From NCBI RefSeq assembly GCF_947568905.1, contig NC_079165.1, positions 103,602,001-103,666,000 of the forward strand: a stretch of DNA of 64,000 nucleotides, read 5' to 3'. Source of the DNA: Ostrea edulis (Eukaryota). Both the position numbers and the translations under genes were made by a program. The notes under the pieces were generated by a model. That model did not search any database. It saw only the letters and a program-made list of their open reading frames with translations, and had not been told where the DNA came from. Position 1 is the stretch's first letter. Each line of letters opens with the position of its first letter. This document shows positions 1 to 12,345 of the stretch, in pieces.

Positions 1-455
1 AAAAGAAGTAAAAATGCAGCAAGATTTAGTAAACATCCATTTGAAATTAAGGAATTAGGAGAGTTATAAGAAAATAACATAATTACAAACCTTGAATTTG
101 CTAATTCCCTCCATGTTATTGGTAAGTAGTAAACGGCAAGACTTAAATCCATTGGTGATTGGGTCATAGCAATAAATCGATGGATATTTAATGTAATCCA
201 GATTAGTAGTAGAGAGTTTAAAAGTAGGAGAAGATTTGTTTTGGTATGTTGAATCAATACACAACACAAAGAACCCGTGGCCCACAATGACCATTGTCCT
301 GTATTATCACGTGAATGAAGCCCCCACAATATGAGTAGCTAACTATTACACTATACCTATTTGCTGAACTGAACAAATAAAATGTTTTACATTTCAAAAG
401 ACTAAATTACACTATGGGATATACTTAGAATCTGTACATGATATTTATCTATTAG

Positions 456-610
456 TTTGTTGTTTAACGTCCCTTTGTAAAATTTTCAATCGTAGGCCTG
501 CTTTAATTAAAGCGTCACAAACCTAGACCTGTACATGGTGCCCAGGGCTGTAGTAATGAGGGTTCTTTATCGTACCAACACTTGCCGCATCACGGGACCT
601 CCTTTACCCA
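456..610 (-). mobile_element. 3' fragment of the same tRNA-SINE family; similar fragments near 6080-6196, 30600-30670, 35820-35960, 46575-46680 and 52185-52320
   Basis: Tail GGGACGTTAAACAACAA and body ATAAAGAACCCTCA on the minus strand. Confidence 0.55.
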
Positions 611-953
611 AAATAAGGACACTTCTTACTTCTGAATTCCGTGCGTTTGGTGAATTTTTACTTCTAAGGAGGCAAGGTACGACATACAATGTAGGCTCGA
701 ACCCACGAGATAATGTCAGAAAGCTCGGCCATAAAAATATTTATCTCAAGAATTAGCTACTAATAGTTACATTCCGAATAATATTCCCATTGTGTATTTA
801 CTTTTGATTTTCGGAGGCTCAGGACTTGTACGTGTCATGAGTTTATTAGCAACATTTATGCAAATTATTAAATTTTTTTATTAATGCCTCTCCAATACAG
901 AGTTATGACATGGACAACAGGAATTGTGGTTACGGGGGCGCCACTTTATGAGG

Positions 954-1281
954 CAGTGGGTCCTGGATTTTACAGATTTTATGGGGCTTGACATATTTCT
1001 CCTATTAAGTCATTTGTACTATTTTCTATCATTTTAATGTTGAAATCAATAAAATGACTCAAAGTTTAAGGGGTTTTGGAAAAAATTAAATTCTTCCAAT
1101 AAAATATTCAAGAAATCAAAGGAATTTGTCATTTATTTCTCTGGGAGTGGAAGAAATTATTGCTTCTTTTATCGTTTAGTACATTTTCCGAAACAAGATA
1201 CCGCGATTTACCTTAAATTTGAAAATTTTAGGGGGGGGGGGGGGGGGGGTGCCGGCTGCGTCCCCTCTAAATCCGCCACTG
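954..1281. mobile_element. Decayed MITE with CAGTGG...CCACTG termini and a poly-G tract
   Basis: Right end CTAAATCCGCCACTG intact, left end degenerate. Confidence 0.4.
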
Positions 1282-1426
1282 GACATACATTTATGATTTT
1301 AAACACTCGTACTATGAGTAAGTCGTGACATGATATCTCGCAACAAACTTCTGGTGTGTTTATTTAGCATATTTTGTGATAAAAACTTAGAAGGCGTTTA
1401 CCAATTAAAGCAATATCCGAGGAAAG

Positions 1427-1459
<33 letters not shown>

Positions 1460-2075
1460 CGAGAGACTGTCGTCAAATCATGAATAACAAAAAATTATCA
1501 TTTGCAAGCAATGATCAGTATCATGTTTTGTTAAGCTTTCAAAATTGTGAAAATACTTTAGATTCCCGGCACTTTTGTGACAACCAACATTACATATCAC
1601 AAACGACAACATATACATGTATTAAGCACAAAAATGTGGATGAATTTTGAGAATATGACGAGATTTAAATGGAATAATACATAGTTAATTAACTACAAAA
1701 CTTTCAACAGAACCATGTATATGCATGGTGATAAAGGTGTTCCACTCGGTATTGAATTATTTTAATGTTTTGATTCTATTACAGGTCATTTGATTGATGT
1801 TAAGAATTTCCAAATTTGTAAAAATAAAATAAAAATAAAAATATCTAATTCCCTTCTAGTTTTGTGAAAACCATTAGTATACAGTGTATCACAAATAACT
1901 ATATATACTGCGCACAAAATATGAGGAAGTTTTTTACAACATATACTTTAGTGAGATTGAAATGGGACACTCCCATAGTTAACGACGTAACCTTAGATAC
2001 AATCAAGTACTTGTGTAGTGATAAAGATGTCTAACTCAGTGTTAATTGTTTTTATTGATATGATGCTATTGCTGG

Positions 2076-2292
2076 TCTGACGGGTTTCATGCAATATTGT
2101 TAAGCCGTTCTTTACATATTGATTTTGACTATGGATTACTCCGTTTTCTTGATTAGGATGTAGGGTCCATGGCGGTCAACACGGGATGCATACGCTTAGT
2201 TACCTGATCGTTTCAATGGGTCCCTGTTTGCCCTAGATTCTCAATTTTGAGATTATTTATGAGATTGACCACTGTTCATTATCTTTACGCAT
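2076..2292 (+). mobile_element. Old, degenerate copy of the Naiad-like repeat tail
   Basis: GATTTTGACTATGGATTACTCCG...ATGAGATTGACCACTGTTCATTATC resembles the family tail. Confidence 0.55.
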
Positions 2293-2816
2293 CTAAAACC
2301 ATCATATATTTTCATTATTTCCCTGTAATCCTGTTGATTATGACGTAATTGATACTAAGATTTTATGGACAAAATCAAAATATACATTCGCCTTTCATTT
2401 CCACCCCAAATTCCTTCAAATAATGTATATATGGATTCCCCTTTTCTCTAAACTTAGTTCTACAAATTACCGAGAGAATAATTTGTATGCAAAAGGTCAG
2501 ATCACTCAAGTTAGTTAAAGTTTTAGATCTTTAAGTACTGTATAGAAATAATAGATTAACGATAATGCAGATAATACATGCGCATTTATGACAACTTTTA
2601 TTGGTTTTGTGTTTAAAACTATTCCTTGTCTTTTCAATGTATTTATATCTGGGTTTGAATAGATAAATAGGGATGTGAAAACCTAACCCATATGTGTTTA
2701 TTATTCTTCGTCCTTGACTTCTTATTTCATGTCCCAACACTTTTAACAAAGCCAATCTCTTCCTTTAATGATTTAAATAACAGCAGAAAACGCATACGAA
2801 GAAAACGTCTCAAGCA

Positions 2817-3995
2817 ATGGACAACTATACATCTGATCCGCAGGAGAAAGTCCGGGAATGGAACAGTGAGCTTGTCAGGAGTCTTGTTCCCAATAACGTC
2901 ATTTTGTCTCTATATATGTTCACAGGCTTGGTGGGAAATTCCACTGTGATTTTTATTTACGGATTTAAGATGAGAGGAAACAAGGAGGACAGATACTTTA
3001 TACCATTCCTTGCCACGGCGGATCTGTTGGCCTCTCTTGTGTGCGCGTCATTTGGTATCGCTCAGAATGTGATGCAGGCTACATTTGATGATGAACATTT
3101 GTGTAAAGCCTGGTGGTTCTCTGCAGGTTTCACCACATTAACATCGGTGTTTTTCCTTCTCATCATTGCTGTGCACAGGTATTTAAAAGTCTGCAAACCC
3201 CTGGGAAAGCAGATGACATTGAAATGGAAAAGAGGTGCCCTGTGTGTAGGTTTAACAGTTGCCTTTACACTCTCTGTTCCCATGTCTCATTTTTATGGAT
3301 CGGAATCCTTTCTGAATGACGAGAGGCAGATCCATGGACTTCGATGTGGCAGACTGAGTACCACAAACAAAACTGGATCTTTGATTTTCGGCGGTGTCAT
3401 CGTTCTTACAGCAATTACTCTCATTGTAGCTCTCATTTGTTTGTATTCTAAAATAGGATACACTATTTTGGAGCATTTTAAATACACGAAGACTGTTGGC
3501 AAACGCGATAAAATTGACCACTCTCAAAGCGGGTTATCTAGCAGTGACGACCCCCTTAGTGATACTGAACATGAAATCCATTCCATTGAGACGGATAATA
3601 CCGGATTTTCGGCAACGTATACCTCTCAAGCTTTCGAACATCCAACAGGAAATATACAAACAAGGAATATCGAACACAGGGGAAATCCGTTACCTAAACT
3701 ATCGAGTACTAAGCGTCGGAAAAACAGAAAAGTTGTGCATAAATTTACTTTAATGTTTATGCTTATAACTATTATATTTCTGATTTGTTACATCCCTAAA
3801 GTTATCATCATGCTACTGGAGGCAAGCAATACGAAATTCTGGGAGGGATTCACAGATTCCGGAAGATCTGGCGTGTTGTTTGTGTACAGAATATACATTT
3901 TAAACACTGTTACCAATCCATTCATCTATGCATTCCTTGACAATAAGTTTACAAAAGAAATAAAGGCATTTTGTAAATCGTGTAAGAAACTGTAA
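2817..3995 (+). CDS. G1: intronless class A (rhodopsin-like) orphan GPCR, 392 aa
   Basis: Single ORF with seven hydrophobic segments; GN (TM1), LAxAD (TM2), C3.25, HRY in place of DRY, CYIP (TM6), NPFIY (TM7); long S/T-rich ICL3. Confidence 0.95.
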   Translation: MDNYTSDPQEKVREWNSELVRSLVPNNVILSLYMFTGLVGNSTVIFIYGFKMRGNKEDRYFIPFLATADLLASLVCASFGIAQNVMQATFDDEHLCKAWWFSAGFTTLTSVFFLLIIAVHRYLKVCKPLGKQMTLKWKRGALCVGLTVAFTLSVPMSHFYGSESFLNDERQIHGLRCGRLSTTNKTGSLIFGGVIVLTAITLIVALICLYSKIGYTILEHFKYTKTVGKRDKIDHSQSGLSSSDDPLSDTEHEIHSIETDNTGFSATYTSQAFEHPTGNIQTRNIEHRGNPLPKLSSTKRRKNRKVVHKFTLMFMLITIIFLICYIPKVIIMLLEASNTKFWEGFTDSGRSGVLFVYRIYILNTVTNPFIYAFLDNKFTKEIKAFCKSCKKL

Positions 3996-4738
3996 AAAGA
4001 AACCAAACTATGTGCATTATTTATTTACATGTCTTTGTTTCTATTGAGGACAATTCATACAAAAAAGAACACCAAGGAAATATAAACTTAATAGAATCTT
4101 AAAATGTGTGTAGAAAACAGTTTTAAAAGCGCATTGCTAACATTTTGTTTATATACATATATATGTAATTCGTCATGCAAGTTTTTAATTTTTGAAGATA
4201 TAAAAATACAAGGTTTGTATTTTACATGTATGTCGCCTACCGTTATCACGTGTCAGTGATTCTTTCATGATTCATCTGTATTTTTTCCAGTTTATTCATA
4301 AATTTCACCGGAAGAATAGGATTGACTGGTAGTTATCCATTCCAAGTGGTCTGCATTTAGTATCTCTAAACTCCTTATCTATTGAAAATTCTAACCATTC
4401 ACCTACAACACTGTTCTTGGAAGTAATTACTGCAAGGTCTGATGACCAAAGCGCGCGATAAAGTCTGAGCTGAAGCTGTACATTCTCCGGCCTTGCCTGC
4501 AAGCGGGTTGATTGGTAGCTGCAGAACTGTAGCTCTCTGAAAAAATATTGGGACAGATCAGAGAGCTACGGATCCACTCCTTATAAAAACCTTCAATTTA
4601 CGGCGCACAAGAATGTGCACGGTTGAGGCCTTATATCGCTATAGTCTTGCAACGCCGTCTCATAAATATAAAATAAAAGAATTCCTAACATATTTTCCTA
4701 CTATATATGTATCCAGATATACCTTCTGATATTCATAA

Positions 4739-4960
4739 GGGCCTCCTTCGCCGAGTGGTTAGATCACGCTCAAAATCACACGGCCTCTCACCTCTGGTAA
4801 GTGAGAAAGTTTCTCAGTTTACTTTCGAAAGGTCGGTGGTCTCTTCTCAGGTACATTGTATCTGGGTTCTCTCTTCCACCTATAAAATCTGGGCGCCACC
4901 AGATAACTAAAAAATTGTTGAGTGTGACGGAAAACAGCAGAAAACAGCAGAACAATCAAT
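4739..4960 (+). mobile_element. Second tRNA-derived SINE family (possibly V-domain type); B-box region deleted
   Basis: GGGCCTCC..GCCGAGTGGTTAG head, GTAAGTGAGAAAGTTT..GAAGGTCGGTGGTCTC body; homologous to 55636-55831. Confidence 0.65.
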
Positions 4961-5036
4961 ATAATATTTATAAAAGTCCCATACGACCTGAAAACTCCCG
5001 AGCTTGCCGGAAAGACCCAAAAAGTTCAATCTATAA

Positions 5037-5302
5037 ATGCAAGGTGAAGATAACGAACAGTGATCAATCTCATAACTCCTATAAGCAATAAAAAATAGAT
5101 AGTTGGGCAAACACGGACCCCTGGACACACCAGATGTGGGGCCAGGTGCCTAGGATGAGTAAGCATCCCCTGTTGACTGGTCACACCCGCCGTGAGCCCT
5201 ATATCTTGATCAGGTAAACGGAGTTATCTGCAGTCAAAATCAGTGTGCCACGAACGGCTTAACAATCGGTATGAAACACATCAGACAGCATTTGACCCAA
5301 TT
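5037..5302 (-). mobile_element. Copy of the same Naiad-like repeat family
   Basis: Same 3' terminus and tail. Confidence 0.75.
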
Positions 5303-6201
5303 CGAGGTTAAAAATGTTTGGTCACAATCCCAGAAGGCCTTCATTGAATATATGTCATAGGATAGAATTGAGATAATTTAAAAGTTCGTAATCTGAGATC
5401 GATGAGATGTGACTTTGCAAGATCTCCGACATCTTTAATGAGGGACTTCTAAGATGGTGAGAAGAAACTTTTCTTGACAAATATGCAGCTTTTTCACACG
5501 TTTTAATCATTAGAGCTCTCACTACGATCTAGCACTTAGCACTGGCTCGCTATTTTGTGAATGCTGAAATGTTTATATTTACATGTAATTGTACCCCTAA
5601 AAATACATGGATGAAACCCATTTCCCTAGGGAACATTTCTGGATCCACTCATATTCATGTAGCAGCATTCTCTCTAACGATAGTTCCGTCAATACATTAT
5701 CCAGTTGGAAATTTTTTCTTCCATCAGAAAAAGTATTTTCCATCCGTTCGAAATAATAATTCGACATTTTAAGATATCACTATATCTTACCAACTAGATA
5801 AAAACTTGACAATTATTATATGCATGTTCCTGGTATAATTTCAGACGGGGTTGCTTTTGCACCATCTGAGGAATTTCTTGACCAGGGAGAGAAGGTTCTT
5901 TTTTCATTACGTAGAATATCGGAGACTATGATTGTACTTTCTTCGATGCCCCTTGACACTGCTTCCAATGGACTTGATTTTTATGATTGTATTTAACGCG
6001 TCCCATTCAAGGATTTTTTACTCATATTGATCCCAAAATCACTAACTGTAGGTAACTTGGTATCAATGTTGATCAATGCATGACCCCCAAGGCCGCAGCA
6101 GTGAGAATTTCTTTATCGTGCCAACGCCTACCATAACACTGAACCTCTGTTTTAAAAGGTAAGATCAAAAAGACCAGTGACATTCACTCCTAATGCAGGG
6201 G

Positions 6202-6537
6202 ACCGGTCGCGGTAGCTCAGTGGTAGAGCGTTCGCTCCGTAACCAGGAGGTCATGCGTTTGAGCTCCGCTCGTGCCATGGCCACGTCAAACATACATGTA
6301 GGTACATGTACATGTAGTGACTGCTCCATAGCGAAGCGCTCAGGATTTAGAAGCGAAAATCACGGGTCTGTCGAATATGACCTTAATTTATTAATTAATT
6401 GTGTCGAGACAGGCGTTGGCACGTTAAAGAATTCTGCTATGACCCTGAGCGCTAAGTACTGAACTATGGTACCTCACCCTACAGCTGGTGAAGTCTCAGT
6501 ATGAGGGGAAAATTGTCAGTGGGGTGTAAAACAAACA
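6202..6537 (+). mobile_element. tRNA-derived SINE (Thr(CGT)-like head), near full length
   Basis: A box TAGCTCAGTGG, decayed B box, body shared with 34940-35247, A/C-rich tail. Confidence 0.75.
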
Positions 6538-7646
6538 CTACCTAATGTAGGGTGAATCATTAGTACTTTTTCTACTATCGTAGCCAAAAGCATTTGTTTT
6601 GATATCTTCAGTTATTTCCTTGTTCATGCAATTGTCAAAGGAATTAAAGTTACTGAACGAAACTGAGAAAAAATAGAGTTCAATAGGTGTCTGGGCTCTG
6701 CCTTACATACATGTATTACGTATTCTTAATGTTTAATCTAGCATTCATTACCATGCGTCATACACTGTGCACGATTTCAAGGTGACAATTCTTAGCTGCA
6801 AATGTTAATAGCGTGGTATACTTTATAAATTTTATTTCGAAAAAAAAGTAGATACGGAATCTACGACTGTTATTGATAAGAAGCCTGTTATAAAATTTCA
6901 TCCTATCTAAAAGTCTGATGGTGTATACTCTTTTTATATCGTAAAATATATAAATAAACATATATTTTTCATATCATTTATTTACATGACATGCTTTTTT
7001 TAAACATTAGTTTTTGTGATTCTTCATTTTTTGAAATGCAGTGTAAATATCGTTTTACATTTTTAAATTTTCGTTAAATTTCCTATATTGTTAAATAACA
7101 TTTTTCTGTTCCATTATATCATAGATCTTCAGTAATATATTCTTTTAATGTTCGTAAGTTTTCTATCTCTGTTTTGACTCCTATATGTTGAAGGAAACTT
7201 CTATTTGCGCAGGTAAAGAGGTGGTCACATTTCCATACGTAGTTTGACAATGTTTTCCGAATGCCACATATTAGCGACTTCCCATTTCTTTTATTTGAGG
7301 GATGGCAAGGCTACACTGATATCTAATCAAAATCATGCTCCCTATCTGTGCCATTATATAGCTCATCTTAATTAAATTTGCATAGATATGTCATATTCTA
7401 AATTGAAGAGACCTTTTATTACAGTAAAATTGCCTAATCTAAACATATCTATCGAACACAATATGATACTAAACTTGAAAAGAAAACTCCTTTATTACAT
7501 ACACATTTAAACAATCGGTAGAGAGAAAACGTAGTATCGAGCGTTTGCGCGTGTCAAACGCAGCGCAAGTGATGCATATCCATGAATAACTAAATCGAAT
7601 AAATTACTTTGAACCAGGAAGCTCTTATTACAAAGTAACGGCGAAA

Positions 7647-8855
7647 ATGGACAACAGTACGTATTTATCGGAGAAGTTAGATGAGTGGAATGGTGAACTA
7701 GCCAGTGGTTTAACCCTGAATAATGTGATTTTGTCTCTGTATATTGTAACAGGTTTGTTGGGAAATTCTACAGTGATTCTGATTTACGGATTTAAGATGA
7801 GAGGAAACAAGGAGGAGAGATACTTTATTCCATTCCTTGCTACGGCGGATCTATGGGCTTCCTTGGTTTGCGCTTCTTTCGGAATCGCTCTCAACATGAT
7901 GCAGGCCGAGTTTAACAACACGCACCTGTGTAAAGCCTGGTGGTTCTTCGCGGCGTTCACTACTTTTACGTCCATCTTCTTTCTTTTGATCATTGCCGTA
8001 CACAGGTATCTCAAAGTCTGTAGACCTCTTGGAAAACAAATGACTCTGAAATGGAAAAGATTTGCTTTAAGTTTGGGTTTGATACTAGCGTTTTTACATG
8101 CTGTACCTATGGTTCATTTTTATGGATCAGTTCCCTTTCCTAATGATGTGGAGGGGATCGTTGGACTACGGTGTAGCAGGCTGAAAACCACCAACAAAAC
8201 AGGCTCTTTGATCTTTGGAGGGGTTGTAGTCATTACAGCAGTTACAAGCATTATTACGCTTGTTTCTCTCTATTCCAAAATTGGATACACTATTCTTGCA
8301 CATTTCAAATATTCTAAAACCGCATGCAAACCTGCAACCAGTTCGGACACAGAAAAATCCAGCAGGATCGATCACTCTCAGGTCACAATCCCAAGCAGCG
8401 ACGTGCCACTTAGTGACACAGAAAATGGAACTTACTCTATCGAGACGGACAACACTGAATTATCCGAATCGTTACCTCCTCAAACGTCTATAAAACCAAC
8501 AGGGAAAACTCTTACAACAAATACAACAAAACTTGAAGGAAAAGTGAATCCTCATAAGTCAAGTGCAAAGCGGAGAAAAGAAAGGAACAACCAGCGAGTT
8601 GTACACAAATTCACTCTGATGTTTATGCTCATCACGATAATCTTCCTCATTTGTTACATCCCAAAGGTTATCATCATGTTACTAGAGGCCAGGAACCCGA
8701 AGTTCTGGGAGGAGTTTTCAGATTCTGCTAGAGCTGGCGTGCTGTTTGTGTATAGGATGTACATCATAAACAATATTACTAATCCAATCATTTATGCATT
8801 CCTGGACGAGCAATTTGCTAAAGAAATCAAGTCGTTGTTTAAAGTTTGCAAATAA
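7647..8855 (+). CDS. G2: intronless class A orphan GPCR, 402 aa
   Basis: Same motifs as G1 (GNS, LATAD, HRY, CYIPK, NPIIY); close paralogue of G4, G5 and G6. Confidence 0.95.
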   Translation: MDNSTYLSEKLDEWNGELASGLTLNNVILSLYIVTGLLGNSTVILIYGFKMRGNKEERYFIPFLATADLWASLVCASFGIALNMMQAEFNNTHLCKAWWFFAAFTTFTSIFFLLIIAVHRYLKVCRPLGKQMTLKWKRFALSLGLILAFLHAVPMVHFYGSVPFPNDVEGIVGLRCSRLKTTNKTGSLIFGGVVVITAVTSIITLVSLYSKIGYTILAHFKYSKTACKPATSSDTEKSSRIDHSQVTIPSSDVPLSDTENGTYSIETDNTELSESLPPQTSIKPTGKTLTTNTTKLEGKVNPHKSSAKRRKERNNQRVVHKFTLMFMLITIIFLICYIPKVIIMLLEARNPKFWEEFSDSARAGVLFVYRMYIINNITNPIIYAFLDEQFAKEIKSLFKVCK

Positions 8856-8994
8856 GAAACAGCTTGCCCGAATACTTTATGCTTTTGTTTCATTTGATAT
8901 GCATGGATAATCCATCTGTTTAATACCACAAACATTTTATTTTTATACTACCATTGGTTTTTTATTGGGTTTTTTTTAGTTCTAATTTAGTGAG

Positions 8995-8996
<2 letters not shown>

Positions 8997-9050
<54 letters not shown>
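8997..9050. repeat. (TA)n microsatellite downstream of G2; other (TA)n tracts at 9559-9611, 43850-43900, 55121-55143 and 55975-56026
   Basis: Directly visible. Confidence 0.95.
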
Positions 9051-9054
<4 letters not shown>

Positions 9055-9556
9055 AGATTCAATCAACTATAATTCCAATGTTACTTATTACAATTGTTTT
9101 GATTGGACAAAAATAAAGCTGAACAAGAGTTTATACATCAATAAATCCGAAAACGCGATGTATTCATACACGCCTGAAAAAAAAATAGTGCGGGGAAACT
9201 ATTCAAATTTTTGCAATGGTTAATAAAGTGAGTGAATTGGAATTATAAGAATCAAACATTCTTTTTGAAGAATTTATCGATGTGTAAACTCCGGACATTT
9301 TACTCACAAACTTAACATAAAAGTGCTTCACAATGTCATATATCTTCTTTTTAAACTTTAATACTTTTTCAAATTTGGAATGGAAGAATTTATAAGATAT
9401 CAATTGATTTTTCTCAGTCTTTGTTTTAAAATTGAACTGGATTTATATTCAATTATGTTCTATGTCAATACATCTATTTCTAAAATAAAATCAATACAAA
9501 TTTTTTTCCCAACTGTTGATGGTCATAATTATGGGATACATATACTTAACACGATG

Positions 9557-9615
<59 letters not shown>

Positions 9616-10054
9616 CGTGACATATCTTCTTTGTCTTCTTTGTTTTACTTCCGATTTAAAGAAAAAAGAGGGATAGTTTTAATTTGATGAAGTGTCGTAA
9701 TTTCCGATAATGTGTTAATGGTGGGAGCGAAATACTTGCAATAATGTGTTGAGTTACGTATTATTATACGAACACGAATATAATCAAAACCTATACGTGT
9801 TTCTTTAATACATGTAGGTGTAAATATGAATATTAAAATGATAAAAAGGCCCATTGCATTTAATGATATCATAAACAGTTTTAAACAAGTAAAATTAAAT
9901 GTTTAAAGTTGTAAGAGTGCATACATATATCATCAATGTAATAGAAAACCCGTTGAATTATACAGTATATCATCAACAGTTCCAAATTAGTATGTATGTA
10001 ATTAAACGTTTAAAGTTTTGAAAATACATATTTATGTATTTATTTAAGGATTAT

Positions 10055-10517
10055 TCACCTTTGAACCGCTTCACTCAGGTCAGCGTTACAAAGATACACA
10101 AGAGCTTGTTCTGTGGATTGTCAGTTTTTACATCCAGACAGGCTACTGACAAACAAGTTGATGATAGAGGGGTTTCCACAATCTCGTTTAAAGGTAGCAT
10201 TTCGCAAATTCTATGGTGGTTATAGCGATTTAGTTTGCCAATACAACCTATCATTGGGTCAAATGCTGTCTGACGAGTTTTATACCGATTGTTAGACCGT
10301 TCGTGGCACTCTGATTTTGACTACGGATAACTCCGTTTACCTGATCAAGATATAGGGCTCACGGCGAGTGTGACCGGTCGACAGGGGATGCTTACTCCTC
10401 CTAGACACCTGATCCCACCTATGGTGTATCCAGGGGTTTGTGTTTGCCCAACTATCTATTTTGTATTGCTTATAGGAGTTATGAGATTGATCACTGTTCG
10501 TTATTTTCACCTTTCAT
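10055..10517 (+). mobile_element. 5'-truncated copy of an abundant RT-encoding repeat, probably a Penelope-like element of the Naiad type (N-terminal endonuclease)
   Basis: ORF end LLTNKL..QGF.QSRLK.AFRKFYG.Y.DLV with no endonuclease after it, then a conserved 3' tail ending TTCACCTTTCAT. Clade call is from memory of the motifs. Confidence 0.7.
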
Positions 10518-10828
10518 CAGTGCTGCGATGTTAATTAATTAAAAAAGCAGTGATGCCATGGGTTGCTGAGAGAACGTGTTCCCATACCAAGTTAGATTGT
10601 AAAATATAAACTTTTTCCGTATGCTCAATCAATCAAACTCCGTGTTTCAAGTAAAATTCAATGATATATACCAATATTTATCATATTCTTGTCATTGTTA
10701 TTATCATTATAATCTCTATTGCTATTTTAGATTTTATCAATATGACGTAGAACCGGAATTTTGACATCACAAGCATGGCGTTTTGCTGTAATTTTCAATA
10801 TTTTGGCAAAACGCATATTTTTCACTCA

Positions 10829-11290
10829 ATGAAAGGCGGAGGTAACGAATAGTGATCAAGCTCATAACTCCTATAAGCAATACAAAATAGAGAGTTGGGC
10901 AAACACGGACCCCTGGACACACCAGAGGTGGTATCAGGTGCCTAGGAATAGTAAACATCCCCTGTTGACAGGTCACACCCGCCGTGAGCCCTATATCGTG
11001 ATCAGGTAAACCGAGTTATGCGTAATCATAAATCGTGTGGCAAGAACGGCCTAACAATCGGTATAAAACACGTCAGACAGAATTTGCCCGAATGATAGGT
11101 TGTATTGGCAAACTAGATCGTTATAACGACCGTAGAAGTTGCAAAACGCTGACTTTGAACGAGACTGTTGAAACCCCTGCACCATCAACTTGTTTGTCTG
11201 TAGCCTGTCTCGATTTAAAAACTGATCACACGCAGAACAAACTCTTGCATATCGAATCAGTTATAACTTATTTGTCAATGCGAACAATTA
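10829..11290 (-). mobile_element. Copy of the same Naiad-like repeat family
   Basis: Same 3' terminus (ATGAAAGG on the + strand) and body. Confidence 0.75.
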
Positions 11291-11699
11291 GGATTACTAG
11301 TTTTTGTAATGATTCGCTTGTATTATCAAAGATTTAATAAAATGAAATTTTGAACTGCTTTCAAACTGTTACCAAGGATAGGAAATGTTTCCTGTTTTTT
11401 GTGCATTGAACTAATACCAAGACAAGGCTATATTATGCATGAACAAGGTCCTGAAGAACCCGATAATTCTATCAAATTTTTTTTATAGATAAATTCCCTT
11501 GATAGCGAATACATACATTAATATAGGTATGTAAGATTTAAAACGTACATGATTTGACGAGATTGTAACTGAACATCATCATACAAGGAAGTAAAAATAA
11601 ATTGAGTAATACTTGTTGGACGGGTAATACGATTTACAACTTCATTCACACTGTTAACGTTGACTCGATTTCCTTCCGCTATAGTAATATAAACATGTG

Positions 11700-11794
11700 C
11701 ATGTACAGTAGCGTGACAAAAGTAAATTCCCATGTACAGTAGCGTGACAAAAGTAAATTCCCATGTAGAGTAATATTGACAAAAGTAAGTCCCA
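11700..11794. repeat. Short tandem repeat, 31-bp unit CATGTACAGTAGCGTGACAAAAGTAAATTCC; two exact copies and one decayed
   Basis: Directly visible. Confidence 0.9.
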
Positions 11795-12345
11795 ATGTGA
11801 TTGTTTTCCTATAAAGTTTATATTGTAAATAATCTTTTCATAAAATCATCCTGATGTATGAATTGTTCTGAAATAAGCAATCAATTGAAAATCCAACGCT
11901 TTTCTTTCTGGTGACTTTTCCGAGATTTTATTCAAATTAAAACGATAAAAATATGATATCACGAAAGAATAAAAGAAAAAATATTGCTTTGTACTAATCA
12001 TATGGGTAATTTTTTCCTAGGAACTTCATTTTGGCCAAGAAGTGGTTGCCGTTTACTTTTGATTGATTCTGTCATGCTGATTTAGTAATTTTAAAAGTAT
12101 TGTAAACAAAAAAGATGTCAACAATTTAGCGGAAGTTCAAGGTAGATGAAACACAACTGCACCATTACTTGGCCTTTTGCTATTGTTGTTTGGTTAGTTG
12201 AATTTTATGACTTTGATTTAAGATTTTTGATTCATTTTTTGTATTTATTGAATTATAAATTTCACATGCGAAAATATACATGTCCAGAAATTTGAGATAT
12301 TTGAATACAAGACGTAAAATCCCTAATATTTAAGTGAAAAAGAAA

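Noticed and set aside
4439-4470. CTGATGA motif as a hammerhead core
   Set aside because: No stem II or GAAA follows it
6205-6280. tRNA-Thr(CGT) gene (also 50785-50853 and 60484-60552)
   Set aside because: The anticodon and T stems do not pair, the B box is decayed, and the sequence runs into a SINE body
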